Shown here one piece after another: positions 50,101-62,100 of a DNA stretch of 64,000 nucleotides (its first letter is position 1; every line of letters starts with the position of its first letter). Position numbers and translations under genes: made by a program. The stretch lies in NCBI GenBank assembly GCA_046563655.1, contig CM102285.1:11036001-11100000 (forward strand). Direction: 5' to 3'. This DNA comes from Yuukianura sp. NJ FZ-2021 (Eukaryota). The notes beneath the pieces were generated by a model that worked only from the letters and a program-made list of their open reading frames with translations, was not told where the DNA came from and searched no databases.

Positions 50101-53100
50101 ATTTGGAATTTTGAAAAATTCAGCTGAAATTCAACTTTTGGATATATTTGGCCTTGCCGAGGATTCACGCGTACTCTACCGTCTTGAAATGTCGGTCTCG
50201 TGAAAAATTGACCTGTTCTCTAACTTTTTGACGTGTCCAAATTTTTAAAAATTCACTTGTACACTTACTTTTTGAGGATTTGGAATTTTGAAAAATTCAG
50301 CTGAAATTCAACTTTTGGATATATTTGGCTTGCCGAGGATTCACGCGTACTCTACCGTCTTGAAATGTCGGTCTCGTGAAAAATTGACCTGTTCTCTAAC
50401 TTTTTGACGTGTCCAAATTTTTAAAAATTCACTTGTACACTTACTTTTTGAGGATTTGGAATTTTGAAAAATTCAGCTGAAATTCAACTTTTGGATATAT
50501 TTGGCTTGCCGAGGATTCACGCGTACTCTACCGTCTTGAAATGTCGGTCTCGTGAAAAATTGACCTGTTCTCTAACTTTTTGACGTGTCCAAATTTTTAA
50601 AAATTCACTTGTACACTTACTTTTTGAGGATTTGGAATTTTGAGAAATTCAGCTGAAATTCAACTTTTGGATATATTTGGTTTGCCGAGGATTCACGCGT
50701 ACTCTACCGTCTTGAAATGTCGGTCTCGTGAAAAATTGACCTGTTCTCTAACTTTTTGACGTGTCCAAATTTTTAAAAATTCACTTGTACACTTACTTTT
50801 TGAGGATTTGGAATTTTGAGAAATTCAGCTGAAATTCAACTTTTGGATATATTTGGCTTGCCGAGGATTCACGCGTACTCTACCGTCTTGAAATGTCGGT
50901 CTCGTGAAAAATTGACCTGTTCTCTAACTTTTTGACGTGTCCAAATTTTTAAAAATTCACTTGTACACTTACTTTTTGAGGATTTGGAATTTTGAGAAAT
51001 TCAGCTGAAATTCAACTTTTGGATATATTTGGCTTGCCGAGGATTCACGCGTACTCTACCGTCTTGAAATGTCGGTCTCGTGAAAAATTGACCTGTTCTC
51101 TAACTTTTTGACGTGTCCAAATTTTTAAAAATTCACTTGTACACTTACTTTTTGAGGATTTGGAATTTTGAGAAATTCAGCTGAAATTCAACTTTTGGAT
51201 ATATTTGGCTTGCCGAGGATTCACGTGTACTCTACCGTCTTGAAATGTCGGTCTCGTGAAAAATTGACCTGTTCTCTAACTTTTTGACGTGTCCAAATTT
51301 TTAAAAATTCACTTGTACACTTACTTTTTGAGGATTTGGAATTTTGAAAAATTCAGCTGAAATTCAACTTTTGGATATATTTGCCTTGCCGAAAATTCAC
51401 GCGTACTCTACCCTCTCGAAATGTTGGTCTCGTGAAAAATTGACCTGTTCTCTAACTTTTTGACGTGACAAAATTTTTTGACAAAATTTCACTTTTACTT
51501 TTACTTTTCGAGGAATTCTAACTTTGGAAAATTCAGCTGTCGTAAAATCTTAAAAGTGAATTATAATTTATAACAACGTCTCGATTCTCCGCAAGTTTCC
51601 TTTAACAGCGGCTCGATTCTTCGCAAGCTTTTTTATAACCTCGGCTCGATTCTCCGCAAGCTTCTTATAACAGCGCTTCGATAACTCATGGTTGTGATGA
51701 TTTTTGATTTCGACAATTTTGTTGCAGAAGTTTTCTGCCGGTCATATTTTTGTGTCGCCTGCGGATAAACGTAGTGTTTTCAAAAATTCAGTTTATAATA
51801 GTTCTACTTCAGAGTTCCAAGATCGTAAGATAATGTTAAAAATTACTTTGATATGTTATTTTTGAACATATAAATGGGACATGCTTGTTTTCTGTTTGAT
51901 ATTTGTTGAAGGTCTCTTCAATCTTGAAGTCAAAAGTCGAGCACAGCATGTGAGATGGTTTATTTTTGGAGGACAGCAGTGTTTTGTTGAAAGATGTCAA
52001 ATGAGGCTGTGTGAGAAGGTTGTTTACAAGGGGGAGGTTTCTAGTTTGGCTTTTCCAAGGCTTTTTTAGAAGCCGAAAATTGAAATGAGGGAAGAAATAC
52101 GGTAAGTTTCAAAGACATTGTTCTAAGTAAAAAGCCTAAACAAAGGGATGTGATCTTTTAAGACTTGGTGAATGATGGTATGGGAAGAAAAGGAATTTTG
52201 TCGTTTCTTTGCCTCCGTTACCGTGTTCAGAGAAGTTATGGCCCCGGCGGAAGCTGTCGTGAGAGGAAATAGTGGATGAAATCCTATTTTACGTCTGATT
52301 TGATGATATGCACTGGTGGCATTGTTTGTTGGTTGTTCTTATGTAAAATAGAGCAACTAGGAAAAATGTCGAAGAACATTGCCCCATTTTCCCATTTTCT
52401 ACGGGTTCCCGCGTGTCTCATTTTCCTTCATCCCAAAATCTCCGATTTATTCTGTATCTCGGAGTTAGCGTTGTGTGAAAAGAGAATGCGCGTGGTTCCA
52501 GAGAAATCTCCAATAGTTTTATGAGATTCTATTTTGAGTTGGACTTTTTCTCATCAAAAGTTTGGAAATTTTGGTGGTGGTGGAGCAAGATGGTTGACGA
52601 CGACGGTGTTTTTTTGTTGAGATAGAAAATTGCCCATCTTCTTTTCGTATTCTGACGGTGATGAATTCTATCTTCTTCTTGGAAGCTAAGCCTGATGAGA
52701 TGAAGTTGGGTGTTTTGTGACGCAAAGTATTTCTAAAGCAGAATCACAATCAAGAGATCTATCATGTTTTAGGAGGAAAGTGAAAGTGGAGGCGGCTGGA
52801 ATGAATGTCATTACTCTTGTTGGCCAACTTTCTGTTAGGTTAAAGAAAGGAGCTATCCTGTTTTTTTTTTAGAAGATTCGCACACACCAGGATGGCTTCA
52901 TCATCATTTTCAAAATGAAATTTTGTAGAGTAGCAGGCGGATTTCATGTTCATTCATTCGCTTCAGCAGAGGAAGATCAAGACCTTGTCTTCTGCGTGTT
53001 CTCAAAAAGTTTTTGTATGAAACGAATCGAAGTTGGTCCCTATTAAAAGCAAAGACGAGGAAAATCGATTGGAAAGGATGAAATTAAGTAGAAAATTGAA

Positions 53101-56100
53101 GTGTATGATGGGAAAAAGTTTCGATTTTTGTGAGGAAATTAGAAACATTGTATTGATTTCAAAAATTAAGTTACAAGGAGGAGAAAGTTTCGATTTCGAA
53201 ATGCTTTCACCTTTTGGTGGGTTAGGCTTTGCTAGTGAATTTTTTAACTTTTCTTAATTTAAAAACTTTTTGGAAGAGGGGAGAATGTTATGGTATGGAT
53301 TATTAATTCTTTCGTTTTTCCTTACCTCGCAAAGTTTAGAAAAACTTTTTAAATTTTGGGGGTAGGCGACCGTTTTGTGTTTAGGGAAAGTTGACGTTTG
53401 TGATTTATTTGTGGATGTAAATGGAGTTTGGGAAATTGGTCCCATGATTTTTGAATGCTTCTAGGTAAGTAAGTTTATAGTTTACGGATTCTACATATTA
53501 GTGCTCTAGTGCTGTAGAAATGCTGACTGCCTTAAAAGTTGCTTGATGGGACAGGTCTCATTAAGGATTAAAGAAGAGGTATTTAATTCTGGTCTATTAA
53601 ACAGACCAGGAGAGAAACATTATTAAGTTGCGACGCACTTAAGTTAACTAAAACGAAGGAATACAGGAGAAGAAGGCGCTAGAAACTTAATTATATAATT
53701 TCCGTTTGTATCTTGTGCGGTTACGTGCGGAACGCGAACGCGGCAAACTGGGGACAGTTCGTTCGGATGTAGTGTTGGTTAATGCGACTGGAAATGGGAA
53801 TTGCTTTTTACGCGACCAAACGAAGAAAGTAAAGTATGGGTTGGCGCTGTTTTACTGTAATTTTCTACGGATTCGCGCTGTTTTACTGTAATTTTCTATT
53901 GATTCTTTGTTACAGGTGATATCACACAAAAGGGCTATGAAAAGAAGAGGTCTCGCATCCTGGCTCCCTACATTCCGAAACAATCGTTAGGTAACGTGAA
54001 AATTCACTTTTATCTTTTTGGATTTGGTGAAAGTTTGGATTTTTACTAAAGCTTTTCCTTTGTTGTTGTTGTTTGCAGCGTCAAATTCGAATGAAGGATC
54101 AGCTAGTCCAAGTACTCGGGCAAAGCGAAGGGCACACAGGAGACTGACGCGAAATGAAAGCAGATATCACTCAGGTTAGTGTGTAACTAGAAAACACAGA
54201 GAACATGAAATGTAACTTTGAAATTTTGGACAAAGACACATTGGAAATTCCGGCTAGCTTTCTTCTTCACCTGGGGACACTTTCTCCTTCCTCCGTAACA
54301 CGAAAGTCATTTAAACTAACTGTCACTCGGAATGGGATTTTGTCTGGAGTCTGACATGGGAGACTTACTTAACATCCATCTGATGGTATGATTGTAGAAA
54401 ACGGATGGAAATGTTTTGTTGTCAAGGCTCGGGAAGTAAAGTGGCGGCGTTCGTTGGAAGTAGGACGACTCTGTATTTCTATTTGGTAGAGCTTACAAAA
54501 TTTTGTATAGTAGCGCAGCGGAGAAGTTTTAGCAAAAGAATGAGAAACCCGGCAAATCTATGAATCCTGTGGAGGAATTCGGGTAATATTTTTAAACGTC
54601 AAGGAATTGTTAAGACGAAATTGTTCGGTTCTGCTGGTTCTATTCTTGAAAGTGGAAAGCGAAAGACCAGGGGTCTCACCTTTTATTTCATTTTATTTTG
54701 TAGAATGGGGGAAATTATGGGCTTGGAGGATGATAAATGGAAAGAAGTTTATGGGCTTTTATTATGTCTTTTTGTGTTATGAAGATCTAAAGAACTAGGC
54801 CAAGCCACACTGCATTGCGTAACTGACTAAAAACCAAACCCGCGTAACCAACTTTTTGCTAGGAAGAAGATGAAAGTTTATTGGAATGATGGTTTTTTTC
54901 TCGTGGTCTCTTGGTTTGGTGTAGCTCTGCGGAGTGTAAAGATGGAGGAGGGAAAAATCCATATCATCAAACACCATGAATCAAAGTTGACAATTTCAAA
55001 ATCCTCTTCAAGATTGGAGTCTCCTGGACTTATAGGACGAGAAAGTTTAGCTTTGGGAGCCATTGGTTTTGGTGTTGGAGTAAGCGTGAAATGACTTTTG
55101 GATAAAAGATTGTCATCGAGGAGTTTGAAAAGAAAATGACTGTTGGTTTTTTAAAACAGTTATTACTTTCCAAGGACATGAATCACAGGCTTCTCTTGTT
55201 TACTTTAATGAAGTTTGATAATATTTTAGGGCTTAACAATTTTGAGAGTGATGCTGGTGCTTAGTAAAGTGCAGGATGCACTTAATTGTGAGTTTGAGTT
55301 TATGTTTCGAATCTGGAATAAGAGCTGAGTCAATTGAAATTTGAGTGAATGGATTTGTTCAATTCGAAACACATTAAGATTCATAGTAACAATGACTAGG
55401 AATTTGAGAAGGGAAATGGGAATAAATGGTTGCCTTGTTGGATTTATTTCCGGGCGAGAGAGGATTGATCCCGCTTGTGGCCTACTCAATTCTTAATGTG
55501 TTTCTCGTGGTTTCAAAATGTATGACATCATAATGTCATTTTTCATTTTGAGTATCATTTATTATTAAGACGCAGAATTTAATGGGATATGGAGGTACAA
55601 AGCGCGCGTTGATGCTCATTCTAAGGACTTTGGTATATGTCAGGACCATCCATGGTTCTTCTAAATTGCGACTTCGAATTGTGAAATCTGGGGATAAACG
55701 TGTACTATACGATAAACGTATACGATAAGTCTTTAGCGGATAAAATTATTTCACGAATTCTGCGTTTTGAGAGGTTCTTAAAAATTCAAACTTGTTTTTT
55801 CTTCTTTTTTTTTTGCTGAGGTTTAACGCCATGTAATGCAACTGAATCTGCCCATTAAAGTATCAGTGACAAAAATTTCCCAGTTTCCTTTAATTACAAA
55901 CTGTCTAAAGTAAAAACTATTTTTAGGGTTTTTCTAATTTTTGTTTGTTTGTTTGAATTTTTCAATCGTTTTGAATTGAAATTGAAAAATGAACGAAACG
56001 AACGTGTACAAGGCCAATTTTTTTTTAAACAGACAAACTTGAGTTTTTGAAGTTGTTTAATAAAGTTGGTTGAAATTCGTCATTTTTAAAAGTTTATTCA

Positions 56101-59100
56101 TGTTTCGCTTTTTATACGAGTGTTAAAATAAGAGCGGGTTTGCGAGAAAGTTTAACTAGAGAAAAGTAATGCAAGAAAAGTAATGCAGTGTGGCAGAGGT
56201 TTTAGCTTATTATTTGAACACGCTCTCAACTCTAACTGGTTGCTCATGTGTACGACTGACGCAAGAGCGAAGAAAGTTATTTTCCATTTATCTAATTGGA
56301 ATTGGAGATGAATAACTTAAAAAGGGAGAGAAAGTGGGATGTCTTGGAGAGTGATATGAATATTTGGAAGGAAAAAAGTTTTGAGTGAAAGCCAACTAAA
56401 TAATAATAGTAATAACAATAATGACAAGGAGTTTGTTTATCTAACTCCGGGAAAAGTGTAGTTTTTTGGAAAGTTTTGAAAATGGCTGAAGTTGACTTTT
56501 TAGTTTGTGGAAAGTGGGAGGGAGGAAGGGAAAGTAGGCTGAGAGATAGGAGCAGGAAAAAGGAATTGTTTGACGTTTTGAGGTCTTGTCTTCTATCGTT
56601 TTTGTGTCTGTTTGGAATTCTGACAAGGGAAAACTTGCTTTCTCCTGTCAGCCACTTCTGCTTTTTCTGGTATGTGGAAACGGGGTAATAATAACAAATG
56701 GATGCTGCTCTTGAGCTGGTTTTTGGTTGTGGTCGATTGCATGTGAGCAGGGCTAAATAATTTGTAACGGTATATACTGGATTCTGAATTGAATGGGTGA
56801 AGGTGGGTTGGCAGGTTTTCCGTTTTGGTTGTATTGGTACTTTGTTATAAGGGTGTTCTAAGGTCGTACTTTAGATGGATTGGGTGAGATTAGCGTCAAG
56901 AGCTATCCACGAAATCCTCAGTTTTGTGAGTTAAGTTGTGTAGTGGATGGAGGACTTAGAGAGATACAGTTCCTGAGAACATAGAGGCATTAGGTAGGAT
57001 GGATGATCCATCTAATGATTTCTGATTTATTGCCTTTTCGTTTTTGCAGAAGTTCGGCAGGAAGCGGTACAACAAGCTTTGGCAGCAATGCAGACTCGAC
57101 CAAAACCGTCTCTGCCTATGCCGTCCAAACGTACATCTGTCATGGGAAGAAATACGGAGCAAGTACAGCACGATTCGGGTAAGACCTACTTTTTGAAATG
57201 ATGTAATTTGTTAAGGAATACCTACGCTGTGTTGAGTCATAAAATGTATTTGCTCTCGCCACTTACGAGCTTTCGGTACTGAATCATCCACTCCTTTTCA
57301 AACATGAATTGCGAAATTGTAGACCTCAAAAGGAGTTTCAGAAAATCAGTGGTTATAAGTTTTTTTTTTGTAGTTCACCAGAGTTGAGTACACTGAAAAG
57401 AAAATCCTCAAATCCTCTTGTACTCAGAAAAAAATTATTTTTCTTAAACTCTGGGAGCTTTTTGCTTTATAACGAAAAAAATCGACCAAGTCTATGTTTC
57501 TTTGTTGCTTTTTTGACAAACGATGGACAGAAATTCAAAAGAAAGTAAGAAAAATTTTTTTCTCAACATTCTGTCTCGAGGCTGAAAATTTTAGGTATTG
57601 AAGAGCCGAATTTTTTTTTACTCAAATTTTCACAAACCCATTTCGAAATATCGAAGTTCGATATTATTCAAAGCGGACAATATTGTTGTTGTATTCTTTG
57701 TACAAAAGGCGGTGGAAAATGATTTGTAGCACGACGAAACTCAAAATCATGCTCTCAAGTCCTCAATCCTCAAGAGGACGAGGACGACGCCTACCTATCA
57801 TCTACCACAGTACTTTTTGTCTCGGAATAAGATTCCTGTGGTGATGTAAGAGAATAGAGAAGTGGAAGTCTTTTGAAGCCCTTTAATTCATCAACTTTTG
57901 TGTATAAAGGCAAAAACATTGGTGAAAGTGGAATTAGAGGGAAGAGAACGAGACTTTCTCGACAGTTGGCTTTTTGTGAGAAGTCAGTGAAAGCAATTTT
58001 CTCAGTCAAAGGACCGCTGCTAAACAAATTAATTATAATAGGTTAACTGATTTGAAACAAGATTTATTATGGAATCGGAGAGCAGAAGGGGGTCTTTACT
58101 TTCTCTGACGTTGACTTCCCACAGGAAAGTACTAAAAGCGTCCTTGTGTAGAATACAGAATGATGAGTTGACAGGACTCAATGACTTGCGGGGTTTTGCG
58201 GCAAACGCTTAAAATCCCTTTGGTGTTCCTCATTTAGGAAGACACAGATTGATAAAGAAATGGAGCAGAACTGTTGAAGTACAGATCTCGTTGATTTTGG
58301 GGGTTAGGGAGTGTAGTTTAGAGGAAAATTCGAAAACTGCAGAGCTATAGTTTTAGTATTTAGAAACTAGGCCTAACATTAATTATGAAGACGAATGGAA
58401 CTCCAAATCTGAAGCGTCCTCTCTGGTTTTCACCTAAATTTTACGGATTTTAGGAGGAGACTTGAGGTTTTTGTGGTAAAAGGTTGCTATGCTCCTTGCT
58501 TTCACCTGATTTCTCACTGTCAACTAAAATCCGCAGCCTCATTAGGGCGAGATCCACTCTGCTGCTTTCTAATTCATTTAAATTGATGGAAAAGTAATTT
58601 ATCCGGGGAAAGGCTTCGTGCAGGCTTGAGTAGAAACGTGAGTGGATAGCTGCTAAACCGTGACTAAAAGTTGGTCCTACTAAGGTTAAAGTTTTTGTTG
58701 GAAAATAAGAATTTGTGGAGAAAGTTGTGATGATCTCAATTCTTCACTTGGTTTGGGTTAAGGTAAAGAGAGTAATTGGACTTTGAGTAAAAATGGGCTT
58801 GGTAATTAATCTCTGAGTGAGGTGAATGGGGAGAGAGCATGTAAGGGCATATCGAAGTTAAAGTGGCCCTTGGGAGAGTGGAGAAAGTTCGGACGGTGAA
58901 AGTAATAAGGAGAAAAGTTTCTCAAAGTGAAAAAGTTAAAAAACGACATGTTCTTTTTCGGATTAGGAAGAAAAGGCCTCTAGCCTTTTGCTTTTGCCTT
59001 GGTTTTCTTATTTGGGAAAGAAAGGAGAGAAAGCAAATGAATTCTTGGGAATCAGCCGTTGCAATGCACCAGACTTTCTCCAGTTGTGGGCTCAATTTTC

Positions 59101-62100
59101 TTCTGGTATTGTGTCTCTATCTGCCTTGGAGATTTCTGGTTCCCAGTAGACTAGGGTAGTTTAAGTTAGGTTTTTGGGTAGTATAAAGTATAATGCTGTC
59201 TGTGTTATGTGGAAAGTTTCCTATTGTCGTGTTCGTTTGAATAGAACAAGAAGAAAATAATTTGGACTTTCTCTTTTCTGAAAATCTAATAATGAAAGTT
59301 AATTCTATGCCTCTGGTTTTATAGGACCTATGTGTATTAGTGGATTTTGGTTTGTTATGTTCCTCCTCTTTGTAATAATTGGATTTGGATGAAGCTGAAA
59401 ATGAGAATTTTTTTTTCGCAGAAATTTTGCGGAAAGAGTTGCGCAAAATTTTGGCGAATGAAAAAGACCTTGTGGGGCTTTGGCAATGGTTTCCTGGGCT
59501 GAAAAAATCTAATGGCTCAAATTCATGAGAAAAGCACCCAGTGGTCCTTTGTGCTTGAAAATTTGTGAGTGATCTCCTGGGTGTGATAGGACTCGTTGTG
59601 TGCTTTTGCTTTTAGTAATAAGAAGATTCCCAGGAGTGCTGGCGACATTTTTTTTAAAGTTTGCGTTTTTCCTGTGCAGACTCGTTCAGAAAGATGAGAC
59701 GATGACTAATGAGGTAACGTTCGTTTTCGAGAAGTTAATCAGACTCAAAGTTTTTAGCAAGCAAAGCAAGTTCGCAGATAAAAAATGCAAAGAAGAATTG
59801 AAAAAAGTGGCGAACCCGGTTTGGAAAACAAAGCAGAAGAGTCAGCACTTTTTGCACGAAATTGCTACAGTGGGGAGCAATGTGTACACAAACATGAGAG
59901 TTGGTGAACTCCATTGTATTGGTGGCTCCAGGGAAGGAGAGTTGTTGATCTCTGAAGAATTTGAAATGCGGAAAACGTTATGATGGTGGTTGTATTTTTT
60001 ATTCTCAACCACTTTATAAAAACTCTCAATTGTACTAGTAGTGAGAGACCTCCTGACTTAACTGCACTTTTGGGCTCATTTAGTCATTAGCACATCAACT
60101 TACTAGTACTTTAACTTTACGACCTCCACTGACTGCTTGGATAGAGATCAGTCTTGGGAAACAAGTCAAGTTGGATTGAACTACACGCTCTTTACGTTTT
60201 TCAGCATCCGTGTTTGTTGTGACTTTTAAGAAAAGTGAGGATTTATCAGTACGGAGCAGGCAGACAAATGTTAGTTCTTTTTTGGAAGAGCTTCTGACCA
60301 AATATTTGTGGGCCGACCTTCGACATAACTCCATCAATAAGTGGAAAGTGATAGATAGGTGTGAAGTTTTTAGACTTTTTGAGGGTGTTAAGTCCCACCT
60401 CCTACGTGTCACTTTTTCAAATCAAAATTAATGGACTTGAGGAGATTTAAAGTTGAAATTGAGAGCAGGGATTTTTAAAAAGAAAAAAACGTTTGAGAAT
60501 TAATAGTGTGTGTGTGCTTTTGTCAAGTTCTGGTGTGCGTCATCCCTCCTGCTGCTTCTGAGAGATGCTCTGATGAAATGTGACTTGATTGTGTGTACCT
60601 ACGAAATTGTGTAAGTTTACCGAAAGGTTCAAAACATTGAAGTCTTGGCTTATTTCGTACTGTGGCGGGTAGTTACGAGCCTTGGTTAGGGAAAGAGACG
60701 CTGCTGCTAAGGTTAAGTTGATATTTCGGCTAGGTTAGTAACCTAACTTTAACGGAAACAGCAATGCTAGGACGAGGAAAAAAGCTTTAAGCTAGTTTTA
60801 TGACGGGATTTTCTTTGTGAATTGAACTCTTGTCCTGGTTGGCTCTACGAAAAGAATCAGGAAGCTAAGCTCCTCAAATTGGCCGGTCAAAACTTTTTGT
60901 GGGTTTTGCTATGGACAAATTGACGAGGTCACAGGTCAAATTGTCAAGGAAAGAAGTTTCAGCACAAAAAAAAACGAATTTGAAAGTGGACAAAGGACAA
61001 TGAGGATTTGACATATATGGAGAGTTTGTGCGGTTTTTTAACTTGCAGAAGCGGCTTCTTTGTGAATGAATGGAGATTATAAATTTTAGTTTTGTGAATA
61101 GGTCTGGTAGTTGTCAGTTTCTTTTCATTTAGTTAGTTGAAAATTATAATCTGATTGGAGAGTTGGGTGTGGATTGTGGAAGTGGAAGTTTGCAAGTTCT
61201 TTGAAGTGGACAAGGATTAAAGATTTGTTAGTATTGAATAGCCTATTAAAAGTTGTGAAATATCGGAGAACAATGGAGAAGATTTTTAATTAAAGAGGTT
61301 GGTGAGTCACTGTGCGTGAATGGTATGGATTTATAGATTTTTTGAAAGTTTTTGTCCTTTCTCGTTATGTTTCGCAAGATTGGTTTTTCCAATAATTTTG
61401 TTTTTCGAAATGTCAGTTCTATAATTGTGTTGATGCGACACTTGACACGTTTTAGGTGGCATTAGTGACCCTTGGACTTTGTGGACGTTTGTTTACCTGT
61501 CCCCTGCCAATAGTTCTATCATGGTTGTCTGTCTGTCGCCTCATGTCATAAAAACTAGACAAGAAATTCAATTTTAGAGACAACGTTCAAGGTTCTTTGC
61601 CATGAATTGTTCAAAGCCTCATCCTGACAATGAGTTTCTTTTGTTCTTTGTTACTCTTGGGCATTTAGAGTGGCTCTGAATCATCCCTAAATGCATTTTC
61701 GTACACTTGACTAACCGTCAATAATGGAGTGTTTTTATACACTGTTTTAAGTACGCGTTTGTGTCAGGTTCTTCGCTTTGAAAGAATAAAGAAGCGCGCA
61801 TCAACAAAAATAACTCATAAGCTGAGTACAACCTGATGATTAATCCTCATTCCTCAAACTGTTTGATCTTATAAGTTTGGAAAACCACAAAAGCCTTTTT
61901 CAAAAAGTATGTTTCTTGTTTCGAAAATTCCACGAACTGGTTGTGGTTTTTGATGTGATGGGTTTTCAGTTTTCTGAATGTGTTGAACTTTGAGAACGGA
62001 ACTTTGCTTGGTTAGGAAAAGTAAGAGAAAAAAAGTTGATTTTTCAAACTCTAACGGCTTGTAACTTACGTAGTTACTTGGAAAAAAAATGATTCAATAC

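Noticed and set aside
44818..51540. Possible CRISPR-like array
   Set aside because: Monomers are near-identical over their full length, with no unique spacers and no cas genes, in a eukaryotic context.
57728..57800. Possible extra DIP2 exon after a TTTGTAG acceptor (encodes a short acidic stretch)
   Set aside because: No convincing in-phase donor, and exon 57050-57178 joins 63872 in frame without it.
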